DNA of 64,000 nucleotides from Candidatus Aminicenantes bacterium (GTDB lineage Bacteria; Acidobacteriota; Aminicenantia; Aminicenantales; Saccharicenantaceae), in assembly GCA_963717865.1 (NCBI GenBank), contig CAVQXL010000004.1, positions 1,570,006 to 1,634,005 on the forward strand. The letters run 5' to 3'. The position numbers and the translations under genes are program-made. This document shows positions 35,859 through 44,995 of the stretch, piece by piece. The notes beneath the pieces are model-generated. The model saw nothing but the letters and a program-made list of their open reading frames with translations, did not search any database and was not told the origin of the DNA. The first letter of the stretch is position 1, and each line of letters opens with the position of its first letter.

Positions 35859-36045
35859 TTTCGCTTCACCTGCACCTTTCTCTCTCGAACCCGCATCCCC
35901 CATGAGGAAGGGGACTGTCCGTATCCCCATAGCCGGCGGTCGCGAACGGCCCCTATTGTATGGAAAAACCCGATTTCGGGCAAGTCAGCTTGACCCTTCG
36001 CCGGACTTTGTAAGGCGTGGAGGCGAAGCGAGGCTCAGGGTAACC

Positions 36046-36097
36046 CCATAAAAGCTCTAGCTTTTATGGTGTTGACTCCCGGCACGCCATATGCTAT
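36046..36097 (+). promoter_or_regulatory. Palindromic operator plus promoter upstream of the oxidoreductase operon
   Basis: CCATAAAAGC-TCTA-GCTTTTATGG perfect 10-bp inverted repeat abutting TTGACT. Confidence 0.6.
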
Positions 36098-36148
36098 CCG
36101 ATAGAGGCACGTCCGCGGCGACGAATCGGCCTGTAACGGAGGATCAAG

Positions 36149-37995
36149 ATGCTCGGCTGGACCGGCAATATCCTCAGGGTCAATCTGACCGATCGAAGAC
36201 ATTCAAAAAAGAGTCCTTCAGCGAGGAATTCGCGAACAAATGGGTCGGCGGGCGCGGTTTCGCCGTCAAGATCCTCTACGACGAGCTCAAGCCGGGGATC
36301 GACCCCCTCGGCCCCGAGAACAAGCTCGTCGTGGCCCTGGGGCCCATCGCCGGCATCCCGGCCCCCAACACGGGCAAGGCGGTCGTCGCCGCCAAGTCCC
36401 CTCTGACGGGCTTCTACGGCGACGGCAACCTGGGGACGCGGGTCTCGGAACACCTCCGGAAGGCCGGCTATGACGCCCTGATCGTCGAGGGAAAGGCCGA
36501 CCGGCCGACGCTCCTGTACATCGAGGACGACAAGGTCGAGTTCCTCCCGGCGGGACGACGTCTGGGGCAAGGGAACCTACGCAGACCAACGACTGGATCT
36601 ATGCCAAGTACGGCAAGGGCGTCGGCGTCCTGAACATCGGCCAGGGCGGGCGAGAACATGACCCGCTACGCCGTCGTCCGCAGCCTGGAGGGGCGGGCCG
36701 GCGGCCGGCCGGGCATCGGCGCGGTCATGGGCTCCAAGCTCCTCAAGGCCATCGTCGTCAAGGGCACCAAGCCCATCCCCCAGGCCGATCCCGCCGGCAT
36801 GAAGGCCCTCGGCTCCGGCGACCTCAAGAAGGTCGGCCAGATCGACAAGCAGACCGGATGGTCCATCCAGAGCACGAACGGCGTCCTCGCCTGGTGCAAC
36901 GAAGTGGCCGGCCTCCCCGTGCGGAACTTCCGCAAGACCCACCACCCCGACGCCTGGAAGGTCGACGGCGAGCGGCTGCAACAACGCCCGGATCGCCACC
37001 TACGGCTGTCCGAACTGCACGATGCGCTGCGGCATCACCATCCACGACCACGAGGGCCGCGAGTCCGAGCTCGACTACGAGAACGTCGGCCTCCTCGGCC
37101 CGAACCTCGAGATCTTCGACCTCGACCAGGTCGGATCGCTGAACTACCTCTGCGACGAATACGGCCTCGACACGATGTCGGCCGGCTGCACCCTCAGCTT
37201 CTACGCCGACGCCATCGACCACGGCGCGACGGCCGGCGACTTCAAGTTCGGCGACGCCGAAGCGGGCCAAGGAGCTCCTGCGCCTGGCCGCCCACCGCGA
37301 GGGGAAGCTCGGCAACCTCCTCGCCGACGGCTCCCTGCGGATGGCCCGCGCCTTCGGCCACGGCTCCGAAGCCTACGCCATGCAGGTCAAGGGCCTCGAG
37401 GTGGCCGCCTACAACTGCAAGTTCATCCCCGGCCAGGCCCTGGCCTTCGGCGTCGCGCCGATCGGCGCCCACCACCGGGAGGCCTGGATCATCACCTTCG
37501 AGCTCAAGCACACCACCCGGGAATCCTACGGCCCGGAGAAGGCGGCCAAGGTCATCGAGCTCCAGCGCATCCGGGGCGGCATGTTCGAGTTCATCGTCTC
37601 CTGCCGGTTCCCCTGGATCGAGCTCGGCTGGGACCTGGACAACTACCCGAAGTACTTCAACGCCGTCACCGGCCTCGAACTGGAACCTGGACGACATGTG
37701 GCGGACGGCCGACCGGATCTACTCCATGATCAAGCTCCATTATCTCCGTGAGTTCCCCGACGCGACGCGCGAGGGCGATTATCCCCCGGCAGTCTGGTTC
37801 GACCCGTCCAACGCCGACACGGAAGGCCCCATCGCCGGCAAGGTCCTCGAGCGCGACAAGTACGACGGGCTCCTCCAGCATTATTACGACCAGCGCGGCT
37901 ACGACCGCAGGGGCATCCCGACGAAGGCGACGCTCGAACGGCTCGACCTTTCGCGGGAGGCCGCCGAGGCCGAAAGATACGGGAAGCTCGAATGA
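36149..37995 (+). CDS. Tungsten aldehyde:ferredoxin oxidoreductase family, FOR-like; multiple frameshifts
   Basis: [74 protein letters not shown]. Confidence 0.88.
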
Positions 37996-38219
37996 AGGTC
38001 ACGGTCAAGCTGATCGGCCCCCTCATCTACGCGGCCGGCTTCAGCGAGAAGGTCCTCGAGGTCCCGGATGCCCTGACGGCGGAGAAGTTCGTCGCGCTCA
38101 TCGGCATCGGCCCCGACCGCCCCCGGATCGTCACCCGGAACGGCAAGGCCATCGGTCCCTCCGAAGCGCTCGCCGAGGGCGACCGGATCGTCGTATCGCC
38201 TCTCTATTCCGGAGGATGA
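37992..38219 (+). CDS. MoaD/ThiS sulfur carrier protein
   Basis: 75 aa beta-grasp protein ending SGG; ATGA-coupled to the oxidoreductase. Confidence 0.85.
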   Translation: MKVTVKLIGPLIYAAGFSEKVLEVPDALTAEKFVALIGIGPDRPRIVTRNGKAIGPSEALAEGDRIVVSPLYSGG

Positions 38220-39790
38220 GACCCGTCCTGATCGGCGGCGCATGGCGTCCGGCCTCGGCCGACGGCTCCTTCAGGGCGGTGGATCCGGCCACGGGGGCAT
38301 GCCTCCCGGACGAATACCCGGTCTCCAGATTCGAAGACCTTGAGGCCGCTCTCGGCGCGGCGTCACGGATCATCGACGAATTCTCCTCGCCGGACGCGGA
38401 ACGGCTTGCCGGTTTCCTCGACGGCTTCGCCGTCGGGCTCGAAGCGAGGAGGGACGAGGCCGTGGCCATGGCCCATTCTGAAACCGCGCTTCCCGAGGAG
38501 CCCCGCCTGCGCTCCGTCGAGTTCCCCAGGATGACGGACCAGCTTCGCCAGGCGGCGGCCGCCTGCCGGAAACGGGACTGGCGCCTCGCGACGATCGATA
38601 CGAAGCGCGACATCCGGTCGATGTACGGGCCGCTCGGCGGGCCCGTCGTCGTCCTCGGCCCGAATAACTTCCCCTTCGCCTACAATTCCGTCGCGGGGGG
38701 GGATTTCGCCGGGGCCATCGCGGCCGGCAACCCGGTTATCGCCAAGGCCCACCCCTGGCATCCCGGGACCACGAGAGTTCTCGCCGAGGCCGCGTTCGAA
38801 GCCCTCCTGGCGAGCGGCCTTCCGCCCGCCTTGGTCCAGATGGTGTACCATTGCCGGCCCGAGGACGGGCTCAAGATCGCCACTCACCCGCTGACGGGGG
38901 CCCTGGCATTCACCGGGAGCCGCGCTTCGGGGCTCGCCTTGAAGGAGGCCGCCGACCGGGCGGGGAAACCCGTCTATCTCGAGATGTCGAGCGTGAACCC
39001 GGTCATCGTCCTTCCCGGGGCTCTCGAAGACAGATCCGCAGATCTCGCCGCGGAGCTCTTCGGCTCCTGCACCGCGGGAGCGGGCCAGTTTTGCACGAAA
39101 CCCGGGCTCGTTGTCCTTATGCGCGGAACCCGGACCGAAGTGTTCTGCGATTCGGTCCGGAAGCTGTTCGAGGGTGAGGTCGGAGGGTTCCTTCTCGGCG
39201 ACGGGGTGCTTCGGAGGCTGGCGGGAGCCGTCGCCGGGCTCGAGCGGGCCGGCGCCCTGCTCCTTGCCGGGGGACGCGCCCTCCCCGGACCCGGATTCCG
39301 GTTCGCGAACACGCTGTTCCGCATAACGGGACGTCAATTCCTCGCAGGCCCGGCCGCCTTCCAGACCGAGGCCTTCGGGAGCCTCGCCGTGGTCGTCGTC
39401 GCGGAGGATGCTGACGAGCTCACGGCGATCGTCCGCGCGTTCGAAGGGAACCTGACCGGGGCTATCTTCAGCGGGCCGGGCGACGCGGACAAGGCGCTCC
39501 ATGACCTGATCGAACCCGTGCTCCGGAGAAAAGTGGGGCGCCTTCTCGACGACAAGATGCCGACGGGCGTCGCCGTCTCCCCCGCCATGAATCACGGCGG
39601 CCCCTTCCCCGCCACGGGGCATCCCGGCTTTACGGCCGTCGGCTTTCCCGCTTCGATACGGCGTTTCGCGGCGCTTCGGTGCTACGACAACGTCCGGCCC
39701 GACCGCCTCCCGCCCGAACTCGGAGACCGGAACCCCACCGGCGCCATGTGGCGCTATATCGACGGGGATTGGACGAGGCGGGATATCTGA
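38216..39790 (+). CDS. NAD(P)+ aldehyde dehydrogenase, alpha-ketoglutarate-semialdehyde dehydrogenase-like
   Basis: NFPFAYNSVAGGD.A.AIAAGNPVIAKAH, FTGS, EMSSVNP, GQFCTKPG, PTGVAVSPAMNHGGPFPAT. Confidence 0.85.
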   Translation: MRPVLIGGAWRPASADGSFRAVDPATGACLPDEYPVSRFEDLEAALGAASRIIDEFSSPDAERLAGFLDGFAVGLEARRDEAVAMAHSETALPEEPRLRSVEFPRMTDQLRQAAAACRKRDWRLATIDTKRDIRSMYGPLGGPVVVLGPNNFPFAYNSVAGGDFAGAIAAGNPVIAKAHPWHPGTTRVLAEAAFEALLASGLPPALVQMVYHCRPEDGLKIATHPLTGALAFTGSRASGLALKEAADRAGKPVYLEMSSVNPVIVLPGALEDRSADLAAELFGSCTAGAGQFCTKPGLVVLMRGTRTEVFCDSVRKLFEGEVGGFLLGDGVLRRLAGAVAGLERAGALLLAGGRALPGPGFRFANTLFRITGRQFLAGPAAFQTEAFGSLAVVVVAEDADELTAIVRAFEGNLTGAIFSGPGDADKALHDLIEPVLRRKVGRLLDDKMPTGVAVSPAMNHGGPFPATGHPGFTAVGFPASIRRFAALRCYDNVRPDRLPPELGDRNPTGAMWRYIDGDWTRRDI

Positions 39791-39796
39791 GATTCT

Positions 39797-40078
39797 TCAG
39801 CGATAAAGGCACAGGTACGCCGAATCCTCGGTGACCTTGAGCTGGAACTTGAGGTTCGGGCCGACCGTGAAGGATTCGCCCTTGCGGAAGACCTTCCATC
39901 CTTTGGCGCCCGGGAGCTTCACGGTGAGGGCGCCGCTGATGACGGTCATGATCTCTTTCGTCGATGTCCCGAACTCGTATTCCCCCGGCGCCATGACACC
40001 GACCGTCGCGGGCCCGTCGGCCGCGGAAAACGCGAGGGACTTGACCTTGCCGTCGAAATACTCGTTGACCTTAAACAT
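39797..40078 (-). CDS. ppnP: Pyrimidine/purine nucleoside phosphorylase
   Basis: [33 protein letters not shown]. Confidence 0.88.
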   Translation of the reverse strand: MFKVNEYFDGKVKSLAFSAADGPATVGVMAPGEYEFGTSTKEIMTVISGALTVKLPGAKGWKVFRKGESFTVGPNLKFQLKVTEDSAYLCLYR

Positions 40079-41186
40079 GTTTCGCCTTTCTTCCCCATTT
40101 CCTGACGAGAAGTGCCACGACCAGGTTGGCCTGGAGGTTGGCGACGATCGCGACGCGGGGAGCCATCGGGCTCACGCCCTCCGGGCACTGGCTCTCCTCG
40201 TCGCCGCAGACGTAAAGGTCGCCCATCTTCCGGCTGTGGAGCTTCCGGTTGCCGCCGTATCCGGCGAGGCCCGAAGCCGCCACGATGGGCCGCCCCGGGC
40301 GCTGTGAGAGCCAGGTTTCGATGAGCATCCGCTTGGCTTCGGCCCGGTCGAACGCTTCGACCATGATATCGGCATCCCCGAAAATGGGAACGACGTTCGT
40401 GGCCGTGACCTCGACGTCATGGACGACATAATCCGAATAGGGGTTGATCGCCTCCAGGTTCTCCTTGAGGGCAGCCACTTTCCGCCGCCCGATCTGGCTC
40501 ACGAAATACTGTTGGCGGTTGAGGTTGGAGGCCTCGATGGCGTCGCGGTCGGCAACGATGAGCCGGCCGACGCCGGCCCGGGCGAGCGAAACGGCGATGT
40601 TCGAGCCGAGCCCCCCGGCTCCGGCGATCCCGACCGTCCCTTTGCGCAGGGCCGCCAGAACGTGCGCGTCGCGCTTCGAGAACAGGTCCTCGGCCCCAGC
40701 CCCGGACGGCGGCAAGGGCGTCGCGATCAACAGGTCGGCCAGCTCTTTCGTCTGCGAGGTCCGCAGAATCGACGCATCGCCCGCGACGGGGCCGTCGGAG
40801 ATCACAGCCAGGAGCTCATCGGGAGGAATAGCGATGCGTTCGGCACCTTCCCGGATCAAGCTGACCTTTTTCAGGCCAGCCATGGCCTTGCCGCCCTCGA
40901 CGAGAACGATGTCCGCATCCGTAAAGAAACGGCGGGCAAGGGTCTCGACATCCGGACCGGATCTCAGAAAAACAGCCGCCCGCGAGGGCGTGACGATCCC
41001 GACCGTCCCGGCCCCGGCCTCTGTGAACGTCCAGGTATCCTTGCCCTCGGTATCGAGGGCAACGTCCTTGTGGGTGTGCTTGATGACGCCGACCTTCAGG
41101 CCCCGCGACCGGAGCTCGGGGACGAGCCGGGCAAGAAGAGTGGTCTTGCCGCTTCCGGACGGGCCGACGACGGCGACGATCTTCAT
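40071..41186 (-). CDS. MobB (P-loop) - ThiF/MoeB (E1-like adenylyltransferase) fusion
   Basis: N-terminal [23 protein letters not shown]; C-terminal [31 protein letters not shown]. Confidence 0.8.
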   Translation of the reverse strand: MKIVAVVGPSGSGKTTLLARLVPELRSRGLKVGVIKHTHKDVALDTEGKDTWTFTEAGAGTVGIVTPSRAAVFLRSGPDVETLARRFFTDADIVLVEGGKAMAGLKKVSLIREGAERIAIPPDELLAVISDGPVAGDASILRTSQTKELADLLIATPLPPSGAGAEDLFSKRDAHVLAALRKGTVGIAGAGGLGSNIAVSLARAGVGRLIVADRDAIEASNLNRQQYFVSQIGRRKVAALKENLEAINPYSDYVVHDVEVTATNVVPIFGDADIMVEAFDRAEAKRMLIETWLSQRPGRPIVAASGLAGYGGNRKLHSRKMGDLYVCGDEESQCPEGVSPMAPRVAIVANLQANLVVALLVRKWGRKAKHV

Positions 41187-41224
41187 CTCGGAATTTTTAT
41201 AACACAGGGCCCCGGGGCTGTCAA

Positions 41225-41298
41225 AAATCCCCCCAACCCCCCTTTTACAAAGGGGGGCATCTATCCCCCCCCCCCACCCCCCTTTTGAAAAGGGGGGA
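41225..41298. repeat. Two tandem copies of a CCCCCCTTTT-NN-AAAGGGGGG palindromic repeat
   Basis: Seen directly; each copy is preceded by ATCCCCC. Confidence 0.7.
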
Positions 41299-41301
41299 GT
41301 T

Positions 41302-41364
41302 GTAGCCGCAACCTTTAGGTTGCGCTTTAGGTCGATCCAAGCGCAGGCTGAAGCCTGCGGCTGC
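41302..41364. repeat. GTAG-type REP doublet (REPIN-like)
   Basis: GTAGCCGCAACCTTTAGGTTGCG and an inverted related copy CGCAGGCTGAAGCCTGCGGCTGC. Confidence 0.65.
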
Positions 41365-41389
41365 AGTTCGACTGCCGCGGGCGATCTGC

Positions 41390-41890
41390 TCAGGGCTTTC
41401 CGCAGTCGCCGACGCCGCCCTTCATGAGCTCGACGGCGTGGCCCAAAGCCGGCAGGACGACCTCGAGGTTCTCGCGGGCGGCCTTCGGGCTTCCGGGGAG
41501 ATTGACGATAAGGGTCGCCTTCCGGATGCCGGCGACGGCGCGGGAAAGCATGGCTGTCCCCGTCTTCTTCAGGCTCTCGGCCCGCATGGCCTCGGCCAGC
41601 CCGGGGGCCTCCTTGTCCAGGACATCCCTTGTCGCTTCCGGCGTCACGTCCCTCGGAGCGAACCCGGTGCCTCCGGTGGTCAGGATGACGTCGACGCCCC
41701 CTGAATCTGCGATCGCTTCGAGCTCGGCCCGGATGGCCGGCCTATCGTCAGGGAGGACGGCAACGGGGCCGACCTCGCCGCCGCTCGCCTTGATGATCGA
41801 CGCGAGGAGCGGCCCGCTCGCGTCGGCGCGCTCGCCCCGCGCGGAACGGTCCGATATCGTCAGGACCGCGAACCGGATGCCGTCAAGCAT
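41390..41890 (-). CDS. mog: Molybdopterin adenylyltransferase (MogA/MoaB)
   Basis: LTISDR...R.D.SG, TTGGTGFAPRDVTPEA, MLSRAVAG, NLPGSPKA. Confidence 0.88.
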   Translation of the reverse strand: MLDGIRFAVLTISDRSARGERADASGPLLASIIKASGGEVGPVAVLPDDRPAIRAELEAIADSGGVDVILTTGGTGFAPRDVTPEATRDVLDKEAPGLAEAMRAESLKKTGTAMLSRAVAGIRKATLIVNLPGSPKAARENLEVVLPALGHAVELMKGGVGDCGKP

Positions 41891-42368
41891 TTCCCCCCTC
41901 CTTCGCGTCCGGCCGGGATTCGACCTCGACGCGGTCTCCCGGCCCGACGGGCCCGCCCGCGAGGACGCGGGCGAAGATCCCTTCCCTGGGCATGACGCAA
42001 TCCCCCGCCTGCTCGAAAATGGCGCAGCGGTCGTGGCAGATCTTGCCGATCTGGCTGACTTCGAGACGCGCCCCACCGCCGATGCGGAGCACCGTCCCGA
42101 TGGGAAGCGACACGAGCTCGAGCCCGGAGGTCGTGATGTTCTCGGCGAAGTCCCCGGGCCCGACGTCGAGTCCGACGTCCCTCATCTTCTGAATGCTCTC
42201 GAGGGCCAGCAGACTGACCTGGCGGTGCCCGTCACCGGCGTGGGCGTCGCCCTCGAAGCCGAGGCCCGGGACGATCCGGCATCCCGGGACCGGGGACTTG
42301 CGGACTCCCTTCGTCCGGCTGATGTTGATGGAGACGACGGTCCCCGCCTCACCACTGGAACGGGCCAC
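41883..42368 (-). CDS. MOSC domain protein
   Basis: GDAHAG..HRQVSLL, GDFAENITT, QIGKICH..C.I....G.C.MPREGIF. Confidence 0.88.
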   Translation of the reverse strand: MARSSGEAGTVVSINISRTKGVRKSPVPGCRIVPGLGFEGDAHAGDGHRQVSLLALESIQKMRDVGLDVGPGDFAENITTSGLELVSLPIGTVLRIGGGARLEVSQIGKICHDRCAIFEQAGDCVMPREGIFARVLAGGPVGPGDRVEVESRPDAKEGGNA

Positions 42369-42819
42369 TTTTTCCCCCTTCTTTCGATACCAGGCGGATA
42401 TTCCCGATGACCATCCTCTTGTCGGCGGCCTTGCACATGTCGTAGACGGTCAGGCAGGCCGCGGCCACGGCCGTCAGGGCCTCCATCTCGACGCCCGTCC
42501 TGTCGACGGCTTTGACCGTCGCGGTCACTCGGACGAGCCCTTCGCCGGGCACGGGCACGACCTCGACGTCGATATGGGTCAGGCGCAGAGGATGGCAGAG
42601 GGGGATCCAATCGGACGCGCGCTTCGCCGCCTGTATCCCGGCTAAGCGGGCGGCGTTCAGGACGTCTCCTTTGGGGACGGCGTTCGCAGCGATGAGCGCC
42701 AGCACCTTCCGGGAAAGCTTGATCTCGCCGCGCGCCCGGGCGGTCCGCTTCGTTTCGGCTTTACGGCTCACGTCAACCATGCGCGGCCGCCCCTTCCTGT
42801 CGATATGCGTCAGTTTCAT
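42349..42819 (-). CDS. moaC: Cyclic pyranopterin monophosphate synthase
   Basis: LTHID..GRPRMVDVS.K, IPLCHP, TGVEMEAL, YDMCKA, KEGGKSG. Confidence 0.95.
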   Translation of the reverse strand: MKLTHIDRKGRPRMVDVSRKAETKRTARARGEIKLSRKVLALIAANAVPKGDVLNAARLAGIQAAKRASDWIPLCHPLRLTHIDVEVVPVPGEGLVRVTATVKAVDRTGVEMEALTAVAAACLTVYDMCKAADKRMVIGNIRLVSKEGGKSGPFQW

Positions 42820-42822
42820 GAG

Positions 42823-43782
42823 CTAACCTCCGATCGTCCGCAACCCGTTGCCCCGCTTCCTTCCAGAAGCCTCCTCCCGGTCTCGGGGCTTCCGCGACAG
42901 GGCGTCGCGCAGGGCGGCCCTCAGCGCATCGTCGCCGGTCCCCGACCTCAGGAGGGCCTTGAGGTCCGTCGCCTCCTCCGCGAACAGGCAGGGCAGGAGG
43001 CGCCCGTCGGCCGAGATCCTGAGCCTGTTGCACGAGGCGCAGAAATGGTCCGAATAGGGGCTGATGAACCCGAAGCTCCCTTTCATTCCCGGGAGCGCGT
43101 AATATCGCGCCGGTCCGGCGCCTTCGGGCCCGGCGGCCTCCTCCAGCGGGCCGAACGCGCCGAGCCGGGCCCGGGCGTCGCGGCATGAGACGAAATAGCT
43201 TCGGGCTGGAGAGAAATCCATCATCTCGATGAACCGGACATGGACAGGCTTCTCCCGGGCGAGGTCCACGAAGCGCGAGAAGTCGTCGTTCTTTCCCTTG
43301 AGGAGGACGACGTTGATCTTGACGGGAGCGAAGCCTTTCTCCAAGGCGCCGTCGATCGCCTCGAGGACCGAAGAGAGCCGTCCGCCGCCGGTGATCTCGG
43401 CATAGGTCGCGGGGTCCAGCGTATCCAGGCTGATGTTGATCCGCCTCAGCCCGGCATCCCGGAGCTCGTCCAGATGGTCCTTGAGGAGAATTCCGTTGGT
43501 GGTCAGGGAGATATCGTCCGCCCCCTTGAGGCCGACGAGGGACCGGACGAAGCCCGCGAGGCCCTTGCGGACGAGAGGCTCCCCGCCCGTCACCCGGAAC
43601 TTGACGACGCCGATCTCCAGGGCGAGCCGGGCCAGCCGCAGGAACTCTTCATACGAGAGGATCTCCTTCGGGGGAAGGAAACGGAACTCGCGGCCCGGCG
43701 AACAATAAATGCAGCGCAGGTTGCAGCGGTCGGTCACCGACAGACGCATGTAGTTGATCGTCCGGTCGTGGAGGTCCCTCAT
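42823..43782 (-). CDS. moaA: GTP 3',8-cyclase
   Basis: CNLRCIYC, TGGEPL, CASCNRLR...C, C-terminal IGG. Confidence 0.95.
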   Translation of the reverse strand: MRDLHDRTINYMRLSVTDRCNLRCIYCSPGREFRFLPPKEILSYEEFLRLARLALEIGVVKFRVTGGEPLVRKGLAGFVRSLVGLKGADDISLTTNGILLKDHLDELRDAGLRRINISLDTLDPATYAEITGGGRLSSVLEAIDGALEKGFAPVKINVVLLKGKNDDFSRFVDLAREKPVHVRFIEMMDFSPARSYFVSCRDARARLGAFGPLEEAAGPEGAGPARYYALPGMKGSFGFISPYSDHFCASCNRLRISADGRLLPCLFAEEATDLKALLRSGTGDDALRAALRDALSRKPRDREEASGRKRGNGLRTIGG

Positions 43783-43783
43783 G

Positions 43784-44995
43784 TCACCACCCGACCCGGT
43801 GGGCCTTGACCTTCGTCCCGGCCGGCAGAAAATCCGCCTCGGCCGGGGCCAGGGCCAGGGCGTCCACGGGAACCATGCTCGCCAGCAGGCCCGATCCCTG
43901 CCCTCCCGTCTCCTCGGCCCAGGCCTCCCCGTCCCTCATGACGATCCTCACCCGGAGAAAATGGAGGCGGCCCTTTTTCTTCTTGACGTCCCGGGAGAGC
44001 CGAACCTCGAGCTCTTCCGGAAGGAAATCGGTCCGTCCCGAAAGAAGCCCGAGGAAAGGACGCACATACTCTTCGAACAGGATCATCACGGCCCCGGGAT
44101 TCCCCGGCAGGCCGAAGAGCCAGCGGGGCCCCTCCTCTCCGTCGAGGACATAAAAGGCCAGCGGCATGCCGGGTTTCTGGGCGACCTTCCAGAAGACGCG
44201 CCGCGCGCCGATGGCCTCGAAAGCGTCTCGGACGAGGTCGTAGTCCCCCATCGAAACTCCGCCCGTCGTGAGGACGATCCGGGAAGCCCGGAGGGCGTCC
44301 CGGAGGACGGCGACGGTGGTTCCGAGGTCGTCCCCGGCCCTCCCCGCGAACGCAAGGCCGGCTCCGGCGGAGGCGATCTGGGCCCGAAGGAGATGGATGT
44401 TGCTGTCGTAGATCGCCCCGGGCTCGAGGGTCTCCGTGACGTCCCGAATCTCTCCGCCGGTCGTGATCACGGACGCGGCCGGACGAAGGGAGACCGGGAC
44501 CCTGGCGATCCCGAGCGCAGCAAGGAACCCCACGGCGGCCGAATTGAGGAACGCGCCCTTGGCAAGGGCGGCTTCCCCTGCCCGGATATCCTCCCCCGCT
44601 CGACGGATGTTCGCTCCCGACGCGACCGGCCGGGCGACGATGATCTCCTCCGGGCCTTCCCGGACGTCCTCGCGCGGAACGACGGCGTCGGCGCCGGCCG
44701 GAACCGGGGCCCCGGTCATGATCTTGACCGCGGTTCCAGGCGCGACGGGCCCGGCCAGGACCGTCCCGGCCGGGGCCACTCCGGCGAGGCGGAGGGCGAC
44801 GCTCCCGGCCGCCGTATCGGCGCTCCGGAGGGCATAGCCGTCCATGGCCGAATTGTCGAACGGGGGGAGCGACCGGGGCGAGGCGATGTCGACGGCGAGG
44901 ACTCTCCGAAAAGCTTCCTCCAGCCGGACCTCCTCCGTGCCCACGGGCCGGGCCGCGTCGAAGACCGCCTTCCGGGCTTCGTTATAGTCGATCAT
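43784..44995 (-). CDS. moeA: Molybdopterin molybdenum/tungsten transferase
   Basis: PPFDNSAMDGYA, IMTGAPVP, TTGGVSMGDYD, KPG.P, LPGNP. Confidence 0.93.
   Translation of the reverse strand: MIDYNEARKAVFDAARPVGTEEVRLEEAFRRVLAVDIASPRSLPPFDNSAMDGYALRSADTAAGSVALRLAGVAPAGTVLAGPVAPGTAVKIMTGAPVPAGADAVVPREDVREGPEEIIVARPVASGANIRRAGEDIRAGEAALAKGAFLNSAAVGFLAALGIARVPVSLRPAASVITTGGEIRDVTETLEPGAIYDSNIHLLRAQIASAGAGLAFAGRAGDDLGTTVAVLRDALRASRIVLTTGGVSMGDYDLVRDAFEAIGARRVFWKVAQKPGMPLAFYVLDGEEGPRWLFGLPGNPGAVMILFEEYVRPFLGLLSGRTDFLPEELEVRLSRDVKKKKGRLHFLRVRIVMRDGEAWAEETGGQGSGLLASMVPVDALALAPAEADFLPAGTKVKAHRVGW

Noticed and set aside
35859-35990. c-di-AMP (ydaO) riboswitch upstream of the KimA-like transporter
   Set aside because: The ~90-nt leader lacks the GCUGAAUCC and CCCGUCAGCUAAC hallmarks; only a small GGGGA/UCCCC hairpin is present.
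41225-41364. Possible CRISPR array
   Set aside because: Only two copies of each repeat, no regular unique spacers and no cas genes in the window.
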